64,000 nt of DNA from Euglena gracilis (Eukaryota): assembly GCA_039621445.1 (NCBI GenBank), contig CP154954.1:2294001-2358000 (forward strand), written 5' to 3'. The notes below the pieces were generated by a model that ran no database searches, was not told the DNA's origin, and saw nothing but the letters and a program-made list of their open reading frames with translations. This document shows, in pieces, positions 59,201-64,000 of the stretch. Position 1 is the stretch's first letter; every line of letters starts with the position of its first letter. A program made the position numbers and the translations under genes.

Positions 59201-61027
59201 CCTCCCGGCTGGAAAAAAGTTTTCTCCGGTGCTGTGTGACGAGGTTTAATGCTTTTTTTGGGCCAGTGGAAATCCTAATAAACCCTCACAGGGCTAGCCA
59301 GCTTTTCTCCAATGACCTCTGCGAAGCGCCGAAACAAATTGGACCCCAAAACAAACGTGGCAAACAATGCCCATTTCTGGCCATTTTGTGCCCCCCCCCC
59401 CTGCTGCGGACCCTTAAGCATAAGCCCGCCGAGGAATCAAAAAAAAAAGAGGGCGAGGGGTGTCTGCCTGGCACTCGTTCACCAACCCGCGGTGGCTGGG
59501 GGGGGGTGTGTGTACCAGTCCTCCGTCTCTCTGGCCGCTGACCCCCTCTGCCCCCCTGAACACCAAACCCTGGGCCTGGTTCTCGGCGCCGCACGCGAGG
59601 TAGCCACCATGGATTCACTTAGTGACCCCGGGAGCCCTGGACTGGGGGCACTTTTCCCCGGGCCCAAACCCACCCCTGGGGGGGGCAGGGTTGTGGGGGA
59701 ATCTCCGAGGGGGGGGGTGGGGGGGACCCCCTCCGGAAGGGGGGGGGGGGTGGGGGGGACCCCCCCTCCTACCTCCAGTTTTCGGTCGCCGAAAATTTCG
59801 GCCACTTTTGGGGGGTCAAAAGGTCAATTTTTCTGAAACTTCTCAAAAAATGGTGGGTAATCAAAAGACATGTCCAATACCTAAATTGAAGCCCTTAAAA
59901 AGCCCTATCTAACAGTATTTTGATTTTCTGGCAACTCCCCACCTGTCCCGATTTATGGTCATTTTTGGCCATTTTGCCAAAATTTCACGTTGAGCCTCAA
60001 AAAAAGTCCTAAAATACACTCCCAGCGCGAAGCGCCGGAAATTTTTTTTGCCTCCGCAGAGGAGGAGGGGGGGGTGGGAGGGGACCCCCTTCCGAAACTA
60101 GGGGGGGAGTGGGCAGACCCCCCCCCCCTACCACCTTACCCCCCTAGGGGGAGGGTGGGGGGACCCCCCCCCACCACCTACCTCATGTCTGCGGAGCTTC
60201 CCATACAACCCTGGGGGGGTGCTAAATGAATCTATGGTAGCCGCGCAGGAGGGCCCGTTCCAGGCCCCCCCTCCTGTCCGGGGTCCAAGCGGGGCTGAAG
60301 CGAACGGAATGGGGGCTGCTGGGCAGGCAGGGGGGAAACACAACGTGTACCCTCAAAAAAAAAACGACACAAAAAAAAAACGCAAAAAACCTGCAAAAAT
60401 GAAAATTTTGCCAAAACCCAAAAACACACACACACAAAAAAACGCAAAAAAACGCATTTGCTCCCCCCCGGGGGGGGGCAGGTCGCCTGGATGGCCCGCT
60501 TCCTTTCTTCGCATGCTTTGTCAGACCAGACGCGCATCGGGAGAAAACGCTGGGGAAAGCCCGCTGCAAAATCCGCACTTGGAATGGAGGCGGGAATGAT
60601 GCGAGGGACTTCCTTTGACGGGTATCAATTTTTTTGATTCTGCATTTGGCAAACACTCTGTGTTGGGGGTGAATGCATCTGGGCTTTGAAAAACGAGCAT
60701 GGAAGCCATACGAGTCGGCCCAAATCAAAGGGGAGGGTTAGGGTTAGGGTTCGGGTGAGGGTCAGGGTTAGGGATATGGTAAGGGTCAAGGTCAGGGTCA
60801 GGGTTAAGATTAGGATCTGGGTAAGGGTCACGGAATTTTGCCGATGGCGGTGGTGATTACCCGTGGAGGCCCTATGGGCCATCGTTGGTTTTTGAATGTG
60901 AGGTACCCAGTGGTACCCATTACCATATATATATGTATGTATATGTATATATATGTATATATATTATATATAATATATATGTATGTATATATATATATAT
61001 ACATATATAAACAACAAATACATACAT

Positions 61028-61070
<43 letters not shown>

Positions 61071-62945
61071 TACATTACAATAGGTACCCAGAGGTACCTA
61101 TTGTGCCATTGCTTACGGTCCCCTGGGGGAAGTCACCACATTTGGATTTGGGCAAACTCTTAGGTAAGAGTGTGGCCTCCTATTTTCCCCACCCAGTTCA
61201 AAATCCACTTTCCCAAAATTTAGCTTGTCGTGTGCGGAACACTTTTGGGAGTGTTTCACAGGCTACAATATGGAGCTTCCCAAATTATGGCTGCTGAAAA
61301 TAAAAAAACCAAATAAAAATTATGGAATGAGGCCACGTGAATGGAGTGTCAAAAAACCTTCCAAAATGGGACCTAACTCCCGGCCTAACTTTGGCCTTAA
61401 ATCGGCCACTTTTGGTGCGACGATCCAAACCTTAACCCAAATTCCCTTGAAAAATAGCCATCCCCCGAATACGACAGAAGCTGCTTGATCAATGGAGTTT
61501 TGTCAATTTTTTCCAACCATGCCGACCACTCCTGGGCGGGGTTCCGTAGCCAAAACCAGTCATTAACCCCCTCCAAGGTGGGGTCACACTCACATCCAGC
61601 AACGGTATGAATTTTTTCTTTAGCAAAAAAAGCCAAAGAAGATTTCCGCCGCCTTCGGTGCCAGCAACTTTCGGCCATTTCTGACAGAACCCACTTAGGG
61701 GGTCTAGCCAAAAACCTCCCCCAAAAAGCCCCATGGGGGATCACTAAGCAACTGTATGACCCCAACCATACCATTGCTTAGCGATCGGTCACTTTTTCGG
61801 AAAACCAGTCAGTCACTTTACCCCCTCAGGGGGGGATCGGCCACTCTTCAGGAGGCAATGAAAATTTGCCAAAAAGTCTCAAAAAATCCAAAAGATTTCC
61901 GGCGCCAGGCCAGTCACTTTTTCATTTTCGGGCCTGCTCCCCCCGGGCTATTGGCCAAAAAAAAGAGTCAGTCACCCCCTCGGGGGTGGGGCAGGACAGG
62001 TGTTAAGCAATGGTATGATCCCCATCCACGCGCCCTGAGGGGCGGCCTGGGCTCGATGCAGACGGAAGGGAACTCGACGACGACGGCGTTCATGAACTCC
62101 CGCCACGCCACCACCGCGTCGCTCGGGGCCACCCGACTGCTCGCGCCCCATGGGGTGGATCACCGCAACTCTGGGGGGAGGTTGGCGGACCGGTTTTGTA
62201 GGTACCCGCCCCCCCCCCTTGTCGTACGACCGGGTTCCTGCAACCTGTGACCGGGGGGGGGGGCGTAACACCCCCATGACCTGCAACCTGTGACCGGGGG
62301 GTGGTCGTACGACAAGGGGGGGGGGGGCGGGTAATTCGTTTTTTGGATTGGGACGTCTCCGTGGGTGACTCAGCAGTGTTTGTTTTCTTTTTTTTATTAA
62401 AGTTGATTCGTTCTTTTGGGGGACAACTTGAACCTGTGGGGTGACTGGAATGGTAACCTGTTTCAACTGGAATATGCGCCACCCCCATAAACACTAAGTG
62501 ATCCCCTTGCGAAGACACCGCCCACTGGAATGAACAGGCTGGTAGCTTTGGTTTTGGCAATCTTATCATAAGACCCGAATATCCTTCTAACCCCCCCCCC
62601 TCAAAGCAGCAAAAGCATCACGAGAAAACCACGCCAGCCAGCCGTATTATCCAACACACACTTTCCTCGCTTCGATACTCTTTTCGACACCACCACCCGT
62701 TTCTGTCTGCCAAACGCGTCCCTTGGACCCCTCCCATTGGCCGGCGGAACGCGCATGCGAAGCAGTGGTGCGTCCCTCTCCTGCCGGTGCTCGTTGTGGC
62801 GAAATTCAGAGGTGCGGCTGCAGCAGCCGCCCTTGGAGTGGAGGTAGTACACGAAGGCCCGCTTGCCCCGGCGCACGCGGTCCGCGCAGTATGCCTGCAC
62901 CTTGGCCGCGGGGCGGAATGCGGGACGGAACACCTTTTTGCGCAC
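53784..62945 (-). CDS. Multi-exon gene for an uncharacterised YxHSKG...WR..M...HYSGNFWW protein
   Basis: Exons ~62945-62787 (AFVYYLHSKGGCC), ~62135-62053 (AWREFMNAVVVEFPSVCI), 60255-60240, 59602-~59580, 58008-~57868 (HHYSGNFWWADC), ~55480-55436 (DLYAASCTRDHFRP), 54868-54827, 53888-~53784. The joins from 62053 to 58008 and from 55436 to 53888 give continuous frames; any exon between ~57868 and ~55480 is unresolved. Confidence 0.75.
53894..54823. mobile_element. hAT-like element forming a non-conventional intron (53889-54826)
   Basis: 13-bp TIR caggcacctatgg / ccataggtgcctg, perfect 8-bp TSD gatgtggc (53886-53893, 54824-54831), (tcggccctgg)n subterminal arrays. Confidence 0.9.
56040..56290. 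repeat. (ATT)n/(ATC)n compound microsatellite
   Basis: Directly visible trinucleotide tracts. Confidence 0.95.
56896..57185. mobile_element. CAGGGG-Tn family MITE
   Basis: Body is nearly the same as 4308-4584; TSD gccagtgc/gccaggac (6/8). Confidence 0.85.
59608..60236. mobile_element. CAT...ATG TIR element interrupting coding sequence
   Basis: Imperfect TIR catggattcacttag / ctaaatgaatctatg; TSD gtagccac/gtagccgc (7/8). Confidence 0.8.
60735..60830 (+). repeat. Degenerate interstitial (TTAGGG)n-like tract
   Basis: gggttagggttagggttcgggtgagggtcagggttaggg... Confidence 0.65.
61767..62017. mobile_element. Second copy of the cataccattgctta TIR element (inverted relative to 13254-13548)
   Basis: Same TIRs and internal gtcagtcac motifs; degenerate TSD. 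Confidence 0.8.
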
Positions 62946-64000
62946 CTGCGGGGTGGGGTTGGCGCCATGTTAAAACCACCCCCCCAAGTAATACCCCCCC
63001 TTGGGCCAGGACTTCGGGCGAAAAAATAATACCCCGGGGGGTATTATTTGGGGGGTTTACCCCCCCCATGTCCAACGACGTTGGAGGACACTATTTGGAG
63101 GTTTTTGGCCTGGTGGAAAGCGCTGGGCCGAAAATCTTTGTGCCCAAAATCGCCAAAATGCCATTTTTGGCACTCTTTGGTCAAAAAAATTGTCAAAAAC
63201 GTCCAAATTTTTTTGACCCCGAAGCGCCGGAAGGGAAAAAATTGATTTTGTTTTTTTGGGGGGGTTCCCAGGTGCCCTCCAACTTCTTCTTGGCTTCCTG
63301 TCTAACAACCCCCCCCCCCCCCGGTTGGTGGGCAGAGATTACTGTGGTGGGCAGAGATTACTGGTCGTTGGACATGGGGTGAAACATCGACCCTTGAAGA
63401 AAAAGCGCGACATTTTGCCTATTAAAAATGAAAAAAGACATACCGCCCCGAACGTGAATGGTGGAGGCCTCCCCACATGTCGCATGTGGGTCGCGCTCCA
63501 GCTTCCTCTTGACCTTCTGCGGGGCATGACTGTAATAGTCGTGGGCAGGCCGCGCCCGTGTAATTGGGGTGGCGATGCGACACCTTGACACAAAAACTTG
63601 GTTGCAGAAAGGGCGTTCAGTACCAGAGGCATCTCCCCCTTGGGTGGCGTTCGTACCATGGGGGGGGGGTGGTGCGCCAATTGTACCTTGGGGTGTGAAC
63701 GTTAAACGTGCAAATCGGTGAGTAAAGCCAAAAACTGGACTAAGAAATTAGTATATTATGAATGCATACACATATAAATTGAATATAAATTAATAAATGT
63801 ACAATGCTCCGAATCTGCCAAACTCCTGTCCCGTCGGCCAAACGCTTGCGGGGTTCGTTATCCTTGGGAGCCAGGGCTGGGGGGGGGGGGCAGTGCACCA
63901 GCCCCCGGCCCATTCGTGCCCGAATGTAAGCCATTCTCCCTGAACCGGGGACACCCAGGGCTGCATGGCAAGGCCTGGGTGGGGGGTACAACCCTCCCTC

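Overview
Repeat-rich eukaryotic DNA, most likely from a euglenid. This is inferred from genes that mix GT-AG/GC-AG introns with stem-closed N3-CAG...CTG-N5 non-conventional introns. Host genes: a plus-strand multi-exon gene (~3.8-28.7 kb), three orphan P4-ATPase exons (30.8-32.3 kb, minus) and a minus-strand gene with YxHSKG/YSGNFWW motifs (~53.8-62.9 kb). The centre is a three-level nest. DIRS element A (+) has DIRS element B (-) integrated in its right terminus at a TGGTC core. B is interrupted by a 12.4-kb Ty3/Gypsy chromovirus-like LTR element. Its pol begins with both a Dam-like N6-adenine methyltransferase and a C5-cytosine methyltransferase, and is separated from gag by a single in-frame TGA followed by a predicted stem-loop. 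Many hAT-like non-autonomous elements (CAG...CTG or CAT...ATG termini, 7-8 bp TSDs) are present. Several sit exactly at exon borders, and an 8-bp TSD split 3+5 reproduces the euglenid non-conventional intron consensus. All calls were made by eye with no database searches; exon borders and element limits marked ~ are approximate.
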